Shown in pieces: positions 20,120 to 30,050 of a stretch of 64,000 bases of DNA. The stretch covers positions 288,001 to 352,000 of the forward strand of contig CAWDLW010000008.1 in assembly GCA_963803145.1 (NCBI GenBank), written 5' to 3'. Position 1 is the first letter of the stretch. Each line of letters starts with the position of its first letter. A program made the position numbers and the translations under genes. The notes under the pieces were generated by a model that was not told the DNA's origin, searched no databases, and saw nothing but the letters and a program-made list of their open reading frames with translations. This DNA comes from Methanotrichaceae archaeon (lineage in GTDB: Archaea > Halobacteriota > Methanosarcinia > Methanotrichales > Methanotrichaceae).

Positions 20120-20848
20120 ATGAGCAGTGGCAGCATCCAATTCGGCATGACAACCATTCCCTATGAAGTGGTCTACAGTGAAAGACGAAAGCGTGCGGCT
20201 ATTGCTGTCTATCCGAATAAGAGAGTTGTCATCACAGTTCCAAAGAATCTAACGCCAGATGAAACTTATGGGTTGATGCAGAAGAAAGCCCCCTGGGTGA
20301 TACGGAAAATTGATTGGTTTAATCAGCTCGAACATCCTACGCTGGAAAAGGAATATGTTAATGGAGAGACCTTCCTTTATCTTGGGCGACAATATCGGCT
20401 GAAAATCCGGCACTATGATAGTGGCCCCACTGCAAAATTAAAAGGAAAATTTTTTGAAGTAGCAATACCTGTAAACACGTCTGATCTCGAGAGATCTAGC
20501 TTAGTCAAGAAAGCTCTTCTACAATGGTATAATGAGCATGCTGAAAGAAGGATTGGCGAGATAGTCTTTAATTATGCTAAAAGGTTGTATGTTGAAGCAC
20601 CAAGTTTCAAAGTAAAATATCAAGCCAAAAGATGGGGAAGCTGTTCGAGGGGTAATAAGCTGAACATAAATATACGCATCATTATGGCGCCAGTTAGCCA
20701 AGTAGAGTACGTTATTGCACATGAGCTTTGCCATTTAAAGTATAACGATCACTCTACAGAATACTGGCAACTGCTTCGCTTAATTATGCCAGATTATGAA
20801 ATCCGCAAAGAAAAGCTGAAAAGTAACGGATGGATGTATAATATCTGA
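20120..20848 (+). CDS. YgjP/DUF45 (M48-like) metallopeptidase-family protein
   Basis: GETFLYLGRQY, KRWGSCS, YVIAHELCHL, HSTEYW. A typical hsdR neighbour. Confidence 0.9.
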   Translation: MSSGSIQFGMTTIPYEVVYSERRKRAAIAVYPNKRVVITVPKNLTPDETYGLMQKKAPWVIRKIDWFNQLEHPTLEKEYVNGETFLYLGRQYRLKIRHYDSGPTAKLKGKFFEVAIPVNTSDLERSSLVKKALLQWYNEHAERRIGEIVFNYAKRLYVEAPSFKVKYQAKRWGSCSRGNKLNINIRIIMAPVSQVEYVIAHELCHLKYNDHSTEYWQLLRLIMPDYEIRKEKLKSNGWMYNI

Positions 20849-21063
20849 TAAATATTAAGGTTAAGCTTAATCCGATAAGGTAATATTAGTTGACTATTAA
20901 TGGGAGCTGAATGACCTGCAACTTAGGGGAAGAAGAACTATTTATCCTCAATCTGCTATATTCTAAACGAAATCTGAGACCCGATGCAGGATATCATTCG
21001 GATAAATTGAATAAGCTTTTTAAGAAAAAATTCGCCAAAGATGTAAAGGATGCTCTCAAGAGG

Positions 21064-22594
21064 GAACATGCTCAATAGCAGGTAAAATTAGCCGACCTTT
21101 GGGATCATATCGGCTAATCTTGGCATAGAAAAGCTATTAGAATAAATATCCTTGACATACAAATAGAATCTAACCTTTTGCTTTCTGCAAGTATCAAGCA
21201 TAGAAAGCAAATTCCCCCAGGCTGCTTTGCCTAACTCAGATCTAGTGCCATAGCTGATCTTTCTTTTTAGCACACCCTCGCGAACAGCTATTTCAGATCC
21301 ATTGTTGTGAAGAGGGATCTCCGGAAAATCGAGCATAAGGAGCAACTTATCTCGATCGCTATGGGTCGATGCTATCCGCTTGTCCAGTTCGAAGTATCCT
21401 GTAGTCGTTGTAAACAGGGATTCAAACCTTCGTTCAATTAACCTTCTGAGATCAATCTTTGGTTGGGATTTGAATTTCTTCAATAAATCGTAGAACTTCC
21501 AAAGACTGGCAATGAATTTTTCCAGAATTGATCGGTGAAGGTCCAAATAAGGTTTCAACTTAATGTAATGCTGTATCTCGTGTAACCAGCAGTGACCATG
21601 ATGGCAAGCTATGCCGTCATATTGATGAGCACTATCGGTTACCATCGGAGTAGGCGTCAAGACTCCATCCAATAATCCGAGCAGGTCTCTAATTGTTTTT
21701 CGCTTCCTGTTTTTCTCGATAAAATAAGTAGAAAATTCTTCATTGCCGATATAATGCATATCGCCATTCTTGGCTGAATGCCTTGCGCCAGTACTATCGG
21801 TTTGGAAATACTTGGCGCACCTCATACCGGTTTCAAATATTGCTGATTTCTCAGCTGAGAAGACTCCGCTCTTCTCTTTAGTCAGTATATTTGAGATTTC
21901 GCCTTCTGAGATGAAGATACCAAAATCAGTTAAGATACTATGGATCTTGTTTTCAGTCACTCTGCCTGCATAATAAAATGTAGCAATGAGCGCCTTTAGG
22001 TCGCTGCCAAATTGGGTGTTCTGAATTTCCTTTGGAAGCTCAGCATAATAATGCTTGTCCAGTGACTTGGAATAATAGTGTCCTCGCCGATATTCGATAT
22101 TATCAGTCTGTAGCTTGATATTTTGGATTATTACAGGTTCATACCCACGGTATACAGCATCCGGCGGCAAGATATCGGACTCGATATCTAACCAAACTAC
22201 TCGATTGATCTTTATCTTGGGATTCTTCGATCCCTTTGACCATTTCTTAGACTTCTCTGCTGATGCTTGTTTTGGTTCCAGATTAGGGATGTTTGGCGCG
22301 ATCTTCGGTTTGCCCTTCAAACCTTTTAATCTTGCTATTTCATCACCTTGTTGTTGGATTATCTCATTTTGCCGCCGTATCACTTGAGCTTGATATTCTA
22401 TAAAGTTGAGCAACTTTCGGAATAGCTCTTTAGTTGCCTCCTTGTCATCGAAGTCGATCTTATCGATATCAAGGGTTATTATTTCTTCTTCAATTGCCTT
22501 ATCCACAAGTATACTTATTTAGTTTTCTCAGCATTTTTAATTTCTGAACGATACGTCTTAATCTGCTGATCTGAACAAGCTATTGAGCATGTTC
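21064..22594 (-). mobile_element. IS66-like insertion sequence (single ORF type)
   Basis: Perfect 16-bp TIR GAACATGCTCAATAGC. 8-bp target duplication TCAAGAGG at 21056-63 and 22595-602. Confidence 0.92.
21088..22506 (-). CDS. IS66 family transposase
   Basis: N-terminal coiled coil, YFQTDSTG, VTDSA, CWLHE, PLHNNGSEIAVREGVLKRKISYGTRSELG. Confidence 0.88.
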   Translation of the reverse strand: MDKAIEEEIITLDIDKIDFDDKEATKELFRKLLNFIEYQAQVIRRQNEIIQQQGDEIARLKGLKGKPKIAPNIPNLEPKQASAEKSKKWSKGSKNPKIKINRVVWLDIESDILPPDAVYRGYEPVIIQNIKLQTDNIEYRRGHYYSKSLDKHYYAELPKEIQNTQFGSDLKALIATFYYAGRVTENKIHSILTDFGIFISEGEISNILTKEKSGVFSAEKSAIFETGMRCAKYFQTDSTGARHSAKNGDMHYIGNEEFSTYFIEKNRKRKTIRDLLGLLDGVLTPTPMVTDSAHQYDGIACHHGHCWLHEIQHYIKLKPYLDLHRSILEKFIASLWKFYDLLKKFKSQPKIDLRRLIERRFESLFTTTTGYFELDKRIASTHSDRDKLLLMLDFPEIPLHNNGSEIAVREGVLKRKISYGTRSELGKAAWGNLLSMLDTCRKQKVRFYLYVKDIYSNSFSMPRLADMIPKVG

Positions 22595-22732
22595 TCAAGA
22601 GGCTTGTAAATGAGGGATATCTGGCTCCGATAGGTAAGAGTCCACCCAAATACTACATATCCGACAAACCAAGAGCATTCTTTGCTCTCGGTCAACACGG
22701 CTACTCAGTTACACAAGGTCGGATAAGGCGGT

Positions 22733-22750
22733 TGTAAAATTGATTTTACA
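22733..22750. promoter_or_regulatory. Inverted repeat, candidate operator of the downstream wHTH gene
   Basis: TGTAAAAT-TG-ATTTTACA, just upstream of a TATA-like CTATATATT near 22766-22774. Confidence 0.5.
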
Positions 22751-22810
22751 CCATTAGCAAAATAACTATATATTAGAATGATAAGGATTACCTTGGTGAG
22801 ACTGGTGGCT

Positions 22811-23296
22811 ATGCCATTCGAGGGCCTATTGGGAAATAGCTGTGAGCTTAAAATAATCGAATATCTTTTGCCTTTGAGAGGTATGGAATTTAATCTTACA
22901 GAGTTGGCGAGAGAGGTAAACATCTCAAGACCAACAGCGGATCGCATAGTAAAAAAATTCGTTAACTGGGGCCTAATGGACGTTACCAGTGTATACGGCA
23001 AGACGAAGTATTACGCACTAAACGAAAATTCTGGCTTCATAGATGTATTCGAAAATCTAAATAATCGATTAGTAGAGCATATACTCGGAGAGGAAAATCT
23101 ATACGAAGTTGGGGATTATTTGATGCAACATGCTCCAGTATGTTCGCCCAAACCAATTACACTCTCTGAAGAGGTAGCAAGCTGGGTCCCAAGTATTTCT
23201 AAGAGGCAATCTGAGCCAGTAGATGGCATATTCATAAAAGAGGTTCAAGATTTCCCAAATGACATAATCGCTATGGGGGGAATAAATGCAGCATGA
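22811..23296 (+). CDS. Winged helix-turn-helix protein with C-terminal extension
   Basis: LGNSCELKIIEYLL...FNLTELAREVNISRPTADRIVKKFVNWGLM...GKTKYYALN is an ArsR-like wHTH. ATG at 22811 preferred. Confidence 0.8.
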   Translation: MPFEGLLGNSCELKIIEYLLPLRGMEFNLTELAREVNISRPTADRIVKKFVNWGLMDVTSVYGKTKYYALNENSGFIDVFENLNNRLVEHILGEENLYEVGDYLMQHAPVCSPKPITLSEEVASWVPSISKRQSEPVDGIFIKEVQDFPNDIIAMGGINAA

Positions 23297-23702
23297 AAAT
23301 TTTTTTAGAAGAGAAATGGTGCAGGAGCTGAGACGTGTAGAGAATTTGATGAGGCGTGAGAGTTCATTAGAGAAAAAGATATACTATTTTTCAGCTGCAT
23401 ACGGGGTAACTAGTAGAACCTTTAGATCCTCTTTCTCGAAGGATATACTCTTAGCCGACTTTGTTCTCCAAGGTGCATACAATATACTTATGGATAGGCT
23501 GAATAGGCTAAAAACTGGAGATAAAAATGTACCGCTCAATGAGGATTCCTTCGAGGTAATATGCAATGGATTGAAACTCCTTGCCGACAAATTTGACGCA
23601 AGAGAGAACATACAAGATGCCCTTGAGATTATTCTTACAACAGCATATGCAACCACAGGGCCTGGGAATTACTTGAGAGAGAAGGGAGACATTAAATTAT
23701 AA
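23286..23702 (+). CDS. Hypothetical helical protein
   Basis: 138 aa ORF overlapping the wHTH gene stop. KIYYFSAAYG and TGPGNYLREKG segments. Confidence 0.75.
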   Translation: MQHENFFRREMVQELRRVENLMRRESSLEKKIYYFSAAYGVTSRTFRSSFSKDILLADFVLQGAYNILMDRLNRLKTGDKNVPLNEDSFEVICNGLKLLADKFDARENIQDALEIILTTAYATTGPGNYLREKGDIKL

Positions 23703-23725
23703 GAATTATATAATTGAACGTTCTG

Positions 23726-24863
23726 GAGGATTCCTATTTACTTGTATCCTAAGGGCGGTTTTTTTAAATCGACTCTAGATTTGCCTTACGATGTTCGCTA
23801 TTCTTGGTCTAACCTGTTTTTTTTCAGTTAATTCTCGATAGCATCCGCTATCCCTAAATGACATTTGCCTTTTTAAGAGTACAAAGCTGATACAAGTTAA
23901 AAGCGAAAGCGGTAACTATCATTTTCACATGCACTCTTCTGACTGATGTAACAAGCACTCTTCCAGCCTCGAAAACCCTCTTGATTACAGCATGGGGCCT
24001 TTCGCCAGGCGATCTGAGGATACTGATCAACTGATTGCGTTCTTTATCAAGATCAGAAAGAGGTTTATCAGTAGTCCTGCGCTTCATTGTAAAATCAATA
24101 CCTTTGGCCTTCACACCGAAATATCCTCTATCTCTGAAAACTGGCACGCCAGGGATAGAGAGATCAACCTGACTGTCATGCAGTGATGCAGTCGAGGTCT
24201 CTATATCACGTATTAGGCTGTAATCGATATCAGTTATTTGATGTAACTTATATCCGAAGTGAGTTTCATTGCCTTTCTTAGCCCATGTGCCATCCTTGCT
24301 GCGACGTGTCTTAGCCTCATCGCCACGTGGTTTCTTTGACTCCGATGATCCTGGATCTGCTTCTATAAAGGTAGCATCCTGAACAATTCCGCGTCTGATC
24401 TTCAATCCTTTTGCATCCAACTGTCTTTGAAGTTCAGCCCAAACAAGCCTATCTGTTCCTGTCTCCGCCATTCGTTCTTTGAATGACCATATAGTTCTGG
24501 AATCAGGGAACTGATCAGGAAAACCAAGAAATGCCATAAATGATATGCGATCAGCCATTTGCCGTTCAACAGCCAGATCGCTCAGGCCATACCACTGCTG
24601 GAGAATCAGGATCCTGAACATTAGAATAACATCACAGTTGGGCCTTCCGCCCTTCTCGGTCTTATTAGTATACATCCCTTCCAGAAGAGGACGAAAGGGA
24701 ACCCAATTGATCAATCCAGATACTTGAGCTAATTTAGACTCCTCTTGCTTTGCATTTAGACCTTTCAATACCCAAGTAGTAAAAGAATCCATAACAATAA
24801 ATACTATTTGCTGTATTTAACACTTTCGATGCTAAAGCAGGGGGTAGGTTTATAGGAATCCTC
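23726..24863 (-). mobile_element. IS5 family insertion sequence
   Basis: TIR GAGGATTCCTAT at 23726 and its reverse complement ending at 24863. No target duplication visible. Confidence 0.82.
23854..24792 (-). CDS. IS5 family transposase
   Basis: GGRP...LQQWYGLSD...DRISFMAFLG, QDATFI, HFGYKLH, DRGY, RSPGERP. Confidence 0.93.
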   Translation of the reverse strand: MDSFTTWVLKGLNAKQEESKLAQVSGLINWVPFRPLLEGMYTNKTEKGGRPNCDVILMFRILILQQWYGLSDLAVERQMADRISFMAFLGFPDQFPDSRTIWSFKERMAETGTDRLVWAELQRQLDAKGLKIRRGIVQDATFIEADPGSSESKKPRGDEAKTRRSKDGTWAKKGNETHFGYKLHQITDIDYSLIRDIETSTASLHDSQVDLSIPGVPVFRDRGYFGVKAKGIDFTMKRRTTDKPLSDLDKERNQLISILRSPGERPHAVIKRVFEAGRVLVTSVRRVHVKMIVTAFAFNLYQLCTLKKANVI

Positions 24864-24958
24864 ACAAAGAAAAGCATATTAAATATTATTATCGTATAAA
24901 TATTTTCTTAAGTTTCAATAATAGCGGTAATAGCGATATAAAACGCATTCCTAATATC

Positions 24959-25669
24959 TTATATCATCCTTTCTTCCTCTTCTTCAGATCTGATGCCCAG
25001 GTCCATAGACTCCATATATTCTTTGATCATTATTGGGAACGATCGAGACTCCATGAATCTTAAACCAAGTTGCTCTGCCCATCTCTGTATACCGAGGTCC
25101 TGCGATATCACAGCAGCGTCGAGATCTTTGGCAAGCAACAGCACATCTATATCCGGCGCGCTGTCAAGGATTCCATAGCGGAGAGCTGCACGATACTTCT
25201 CTCTGAACTTGCGGATTATGCCTCCGACGACCTCACGCTCGATCTCATCCCTCATATCCTTGAGGTTTCCTGTCTCACTCAAGGTAATGCACCTTGATAC
25301 CGACTCCCATATCGCCTCCTCAGATATGTTCATTCCTTTATTGATCCTGCTGCGCATATAATCTACATAATCGTAAAATATCTTTGAAGGCACCTTGACC
25401 TTATACCTATCAGGCGTCTTCTTGACAAGCCAAGTATCCACCTTGCTCAACACGCTCGCATTGCAGTTATTATGCCTGGCAAAGTCCTTTATCTCATTAT
25501 AAACCGAAGGATAAGGAACATAGCAGCTTATCCCCAGGTGAAGTCTGCCCTGTGCTATTCTATCCAGTATGGCATTCATCCCTTCGCAGATATTTGTACA
25601 GCCCTCGCTCTCCCAGGCCATGGAATCCGTAAGGGCGGTTGTATCCAGTACGAACCTCTGGCGCAGCAT
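24959..25669 (-). CDS. HARP, RNA-free RNase P (UPF0278, PIN_5)
   Basis: QRFVLDTT...RSRINKGM...[29 protein letters not shown]...DLGIQRWA. Confidence 0.9.
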   Translation of the reverse strand: MLRQRFVLDTTALTDSMAWESEGCTNICEGMNAILDRIAQGRLHLGISCYVPYPSVYNEIKDFARHNNCNASVLSKVDTWLVKKTPDRYKVKVPSKIFYDYVDYMRSRINKGMNISEEAIWESVSRCITLSETGNLKDMRDEIEREVVGGIIRKFREKYRAALRYGILDSAPDIDVLLLAKDLDAAVISQDLGIQRWAEQLGLRFMESRSFPIMIKEYMESMDLGIRSEEEEERMI

Positions 25670-25786
25670 TACTAACAGTATGAGGGAGGTGATATAAGAT
25701 TGCTTCTAAGATTGTTTTAAAGTAGGTGCACTGAAAATCCAATTAGGAAATGAAAGATCTATAAATCCCTATGGAGATTAAAGTCT

Positions 25787-26512
25787 GTGAAATCATCACA
25801 ACCTCTTATATTCGCCCTGGCCAGGATTGAGAATCTGATGCAGCAGGTTAGCCTTGACCCATTAAAGAAGAAAGGCAAGATCATCACAAACACATCCTTT
25901 GTAAGGAAGGATAAGCTGAAGGAAACCCTAGATGTATTCCATGATGTCATTCAGAGCGGTCTCACAGTCTGCCCCATGATCAAGCTCGAAGAAGATGGCG
26001 ATCGCGTAAAGATCAAAACTGCATGCAGCCTTACGATATCAGGAGTGCTTCTAAAGTATGGCATACCCATCAGGCCAAAGGGTGGCGGAATAATTGAGGT
26101 AAGGGAACGCGAACCTACCAGATTCACAGATATGCTGATGTATTGGGCCACAACCATAGATCCTATCGATATTCTTACAGCACAAGGAATAACTGATATT
26201 ACAGGCATGATAAAGCATGGGAATGGAAGGATTTTAGGCAACCTACAGGAGGCCCCAATGCTTGCCAGGGATCGAATCGAGGAAGTGCTCGATCACCTGG
26301 AAGATGCTGAGTTTGCAGGGATACTGGAGCTTGGCGAGCCTAATATGGATGTTCTGGGAGTCTCAGTTGAGAGAGATCATCTGGGGATTGCTCTTGTAGG
26401 CGGCACAAATCTTGTGGCTGCTGCCCGTGAGCTGGGTCTTGAGGTTGAGCACGAGTCCATATCTGGTCTTACCGAGGTCTCGGAGATGAAGCACATCGAG
26501 AAGCTAATCTGA
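25787..26512 (+). CDS. NrpR regulatory-domain protein (DUF128; NrpRII-like, no wHTH)
   Basis: TACSLTISGVLLKYGIP...GGG...RFTD...TTIDP...GGTNLVAA. Confidence 0.8.
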   Translation: MKSSQPLIFALARIENLMQQVSLDPLKKKGKIITNTSFVRKDKLKETLDVFHDVIQSGLTVCPMIKLEEDGDRVKIKTACSLTISGVLLKYGIPIRPKGGGIIEVREREPTRFTDMLMYWATTIDPIDILTAQGITDITGMIKHGNGRILGNLQEAPMLARDRIEEVLDHLEDAEFAGILELGEPNMDVLGVSVERDHLGIALVGGTNLVAAARELGLEVEHESISGLTEVSEMKHIEKLI

Positions 26513-26626
26513 AGAGGATTTAAAATCTATAAAACCAGAAGATCTGTCTTAAAGACCAGGGAAATACTGACATTTTCGGCGATGTACTTATACTATTACT
26601 GATATCCTTCTTTTTGTGAAATTGCT

Positions 26627-28342
26627 GTGAGAAACCGCGAGGTTGCAAACGTCCTTTATCAGATGGCTGAACTCTTGGAGCTTCATGCAGACAACCGCTT
26701 CAAGATCATTGCTTATGGAAAGGCCGCCAGAGCAGTCGAGTCTCTGAAGGAGGATATAGAGCAGGTCTGTAGAGATGGCCGTCTGGATTCAATCCCGGGT
26801 GTCGGCAAAGCCATCGCCCAGAAGATTGAGGAGTACCTCAGAACGGGCAAGATTCAGGCGCACCAGGATCTTCTTAAGGATACGCCACCGGGTCTTGCAG
26901 AGCTTCTCAATGTGCCCGGCCTCGGTCCAAAGACTATCTTCATGCTTCACGAAAAGCTGGGTATCACAAACCTCGACGAACTCGAGAAAGCGGCCAGAGA
27001 GCACCGTATACGCCGCCTGCCCAGGATGGGGCCTACAAGCGAGAAAAATATACTCAAGGGCGTAGAAAGGTACAGGAAGAGAAGCACACGACTCCTTTTG
27101 AGCGCCGTTGAGCCTATCGTTGATGAGATATTGGCATACCTCAAAGGCATGGAAGGGCTCGAGCACATAACAGCCGCAGGAAGCTACCGCCGTTGCAAGG
27201 AAACAGTAGGCGATATAGATATACTTGCAACCGCCGCAAGGCCTGAGCAGATAATATCTGCTTTTGTACGCATGCCCATGGTCGAGGAGGTGCTTGGAAA
27301 AGGACCGACAAAGGGCAGCGTAATAGTCAAGGAGACTATTCAGGTTGACCTGAGGATTGTTGAGCATAAATCCTTCGGAACAGCGCTCCAGTATTTTACA
27401 GGATCAAAGGAGCACAATGTCAAGCTCCGACAGATTTCCCTTGATCGCGGCTATTCTCTGAGCGAGTATTCGCTAAAGAGGCTAATCGATGGCCAGGATA
27501 TGTTCTTCAGCAGCGAACAGGATGTTTATGCGACCCTTGGGATGCAGTACATTCAGCCGGAGTTGAGGGAGGACACCGGCGAGATAGAAGCGGCGCTTGC
27601 CGGACAACTGCCGAAATTGATCGAACTTGAGGATATAAAAGGCGATCTGCACGTACACAGCGATTGGTCTGATGGGCGAGTGACCATTGAGGAGATGGCA
27701 AGGGCTGCTAAAGCGCTTGGATATGAGTATATCTCAATCAGCGATCACTCGCCTTCAATAGGCATTGCGGGCGGGCTCACGCCCGAGGAGCTCGACAAGA
27801 AGATCGATGTTATTGCCGCAATAAATGAAACGCTGAAAGGTTTTACGGTACTTGTAGGAACAGAGGTGGACATAAGGGCAGATGGCAAGCTGGATTACCC
27901 TGATGAGATCCTCGCCAAATGCGATATTGTCGTAGCCTCAGTTCATATGGGCCAGCAGCAGAAGGAGAGAGCAATAACAGGCAGGCTGATAACAGCCATT
28001 GAGAATGAGAACGTAGACATCATCGCCCACCCAACAGGACGGAAGATCGGCGAACGGGACCCTTACGAGGTCGATATGCAGAATGTGCTTGAGGCGGCTT
28101 CAAGGACGGGAACCGCAATGGAGATCAATGCATTTCCAACAAGGCTCGACCTAAACGATGTCTGGACAAGACTCGCGAAGGAGATGGGTGTGAGGATGAC
28201 GATCGACTCAGATGCACATGATTCCATGCACCTGGGCGTCATGAGATACGGCGTAAATGTAGCAAGACGCGGGTGGCTCGAGAAGAAGGATGTGCTGAAT
28301 ACGATGAGCCTTCAGGATATGAGGAAAGCGCTGAAGCATTAG
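26627..28342 (+). CDS. polX: DNA polymerase X with PHP 3'-5' exonuclease domain
   Basis: HhH motifs, AGSYRR...GDIDIL, YFTGSKEHN, PELRED, DLHVHS, SDHS, AHPTGR, DSDAH. Confidence 0.95.
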   Translation: MRNREVANVLYQMAELLELHADNRFKIIAYGKAARAVESLKEDIEQVCRDGRLDSIPGVGKAIAQKIEEYLRTGKIQAHQDLLKDTPPGLAELLNVPGLGPKTIFMLHEKLGITNLDELEKAAREHRIRRLPRMGPTSEKNILKGVERYRKRSTRLLLSAVEPIVDEILAYLKGMEGLEHITAAGSYRRCKETVGDIDILATAARPEQIISAFVRMPMVEEVLGKGPTKGSVIVKETIQVDLRIVEHKSFGTALQYFTGSKEHNVKLRQISLDRGYSLSEYSLKRLIDGQDMFFSSEQDVYATLGMQYIQPELREDTGEIEAALAGQLPKLIELEDIKGDLHVHSDWSDGRVTIEEMARAAKALGYEYISISDHSPSIGIAGGLTPEELDKKIDVIAAINETLKGFTVLVGTEVDIRADGKLDYPDEILAKCDIVVASVHMGQQQKERAITGRLITAIENENVDIIAHPTGRKIGERDPYEVDMQNVLEAASRTGTAMEINAFPTRLDLNDVWTRLAKEMGVRMTIDSDAHDSMHLGVMRYGVNVARRGWLEKKDVLNTMSLQDMRKALKH

Positions 28343-28575
28343 AGAGATCAAGACATATCGTGAGATGCCATAGCGATGAATCTGTAATAGATTCGATTGG
28401 ATACATCATATATTCTAAGTATTTGTCCGAAAGGATGTTTTGGTTGGTAATGTAATCGGTTAACCTGAGGTAGGCAAAACCGAACCGATAAGGAGAAACA
28501 CTGCGCTAGGTCTGATGAAAATGTTACCACGTTAGTGATATTTTAAAATATAAAGCCGTAATATAATCTAAAGCT

Positions 28576-28776
28576 ATGCAGTCTAACGGCGGTGGAATCC
28601 TTAATGGCAATATCCAAAACCTAAACAAATATCTGGTACAAAATATAGCCATAAAGAAGAATAGTGCACCCATAGATGGCAACGGGATCTATAATGGTGA
28701 CATGATCAACCCCGACCACAGCAACTGCGACTTCGGCACAGGAGGAGATGCTAACATGCCGGATGATCATAATTAG
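28576..28776 (+). pseudogene. Fragment of a GGGIxN-repeat (pectin-lyase-like/adhesin) protein
   Basis: NGGGILNG...KNSAPIDGNGIYNG repeats. Short, with no signal peptide. Confidence 0.4.
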
Positions 28777-28788
28777 GAGGCTATATCA

Positions 28789-29721
28789 ATGAAAATCCTC
28801 GCACTCATAGCATTTCTGGCCCTGATCTCTAGCACCAGCGCTGCCTTCTGGTCCAGCACAGTTAGCACGAATGCCAATTCCTGGTCGATCTACCGCCAGA
28901 GCGAGAGCTTACTCTTCAACTATTCCCAGTTTGTCAAGGGGACAATATCACCTGTTGATTACCACGGCAGAACTCTCAACCCGTACATCTCCAGCTACCA
29001 GGAGATCAAAATGAACGATGTCAGGCAGCGGGACAGAACCTCAGCCCTCCAGGGCGCTTACGCCTCGGAGGAGGAAACTAGCCTGCGGTCGGACGCATAC
29101 AATCCAGTCTACATCAACGTCACCAAGGCAGCAGGAAGTCCAGTCTACACCGTCCAGTACTTCGAGCAATGGCCGGTGATACTCTTATCAAGTAAGGCTC
29201 TAAGGTATTCCGGGAAGGAGATAAACGATCGCGAGTTTGAGGGCAACAACCTGGATTTTGCGGGCAGTAATTTTCTATTTAACAAAAATCTCTCAAAGGA
29301 TACCAGAGTGGGCCTGCTAATTAAGGGGATGAACGCAACTGTCATAGCCACCGATAATTCTATCCTCTCGGCGGAATTCATGCCCCTCAAAGAAATGGAT
29401 TATAGAATCACGGCTCAAACTACAGGCATTACAGATCTGAAGTACAGGCAGACTGGCCCAGATTATGACACAAAGCGAGGAACCTATAAAGTGATAAACG
29501 AGGGTGACGAGAGGTACATTGGATTATACAATATCTCCAGGCATATCCACATGAACTCAGACTTCCAAAATATCACTTCGGACTACGATTGGCTGTCATG
29601 CTGCTATGGCGGCTGGGATTCGATGAATTATTACGATAAGAAGGGCTTTGGAGCTAGCACAAAAGGGTTATTCGATTGCACTTGTTATAAGGTGCTGTCA
29701 AAGGCTCAGTTTCCACAGTGA
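28789..29721 (+). CDS. Secreted hypothetical protein with C-terminal Cys motifs
   Basis: Signal peptide MKILALIAFLALISSTSA, GGAGG RBS, C-terminal WLSCCYGGW...FDCTC. Confidence 0.75.
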   Translation: MKILALIAFLALISSTSAAFWSSTVSTNANSWSIYRQSESLLFNYSQFVKGTISPVDYHGRTLNPYISSYQEIKMNDVRQRDRTSALQGAYASEEETSLRSDAYNPVYINVTKAAGSPVYTVQYFEQWPVILLSSKALRYSGKEINDREFEGNNLDFAGSNFLFNKNLSKDTRVGLLIKGMNATVIATDNSILSAEFMPLKEMDYRITAQTTGITDLKYRQTGPDYDTKRGTYKVINEGDERYIGLYNISRHIHMNSDFQNITSDYDWLSCCYGGWDSMNYYDKKGFGASTKGLFDCTCYKVLSKAQFPQ

Positions 29722-29736
29722 ATCTTTTCGGATTTA

Positions 29737-29778
29737 AGGCTGAGAATAATTTCCTATTGTGCTTTTCTCAGCCTTTTA
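29737..29778 (+). terminator. Stem-loop downstream of the 28789 gene
   Basis: AAGGCTGAGAA ... TTCTCAGCCTT followed by T residues. Confidence 0.5.
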
Positions 29779-29818
29779 TATATATTTCGTGCTTTAATTC
29801 TAAGTTCCTTTATATGCT

Positions 29819-29930
29819 CTTTGTGTCTTTGCCTTCTGTGGTAGATTGATATTGCACGCTCACCACAAAGACGCGAAAGATTGTACCACGAAGCTCAAAT
29901 TTATTAAGCAATTAGCCGGAAGAACTATTG
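29819..29930. repeat. REP-like palindromic element, copy 1
   Basis: Shares ACGCTCACCACAAAGAC (29856-72) and a ...GCAATTAG...GAAGAACTAT tail with the copy at ~52765-52871. Confidence 0.6.
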
Positions 29931-30050
29931 ATTAGAAACGAAGCATTTTAATTTTTACAGAGATCAAGGGCGATACGCAGAACTGCTATAACCTCATTAA
30001 AAATAGGGCTGTGCTGAGCCCTCCCTTAACATCAGAAGCTAAAGCGAATG

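Larger units (their letters stand above)
20911..22737 (+). pseudogene. 95-aa basic winged-helix-like protein interrupted by an IS66-like element
   Basis: 20911..21063 joined to 22603..22737 reads in frame: MTCNLGEEELFILNLLYSKRNLRPDAGYHSDKLNKLFKKKFAKDVKDALKR|LVNEGYLAPIGKSPPKYYISDKPRAFFALGQHGYSVTQGRIRRL*. Confidence 0.8.

Noticed and set aside
28348-28530. 60-aa ORF downstream of polX
   Set aside because: No recognisable motif and no supporting context.
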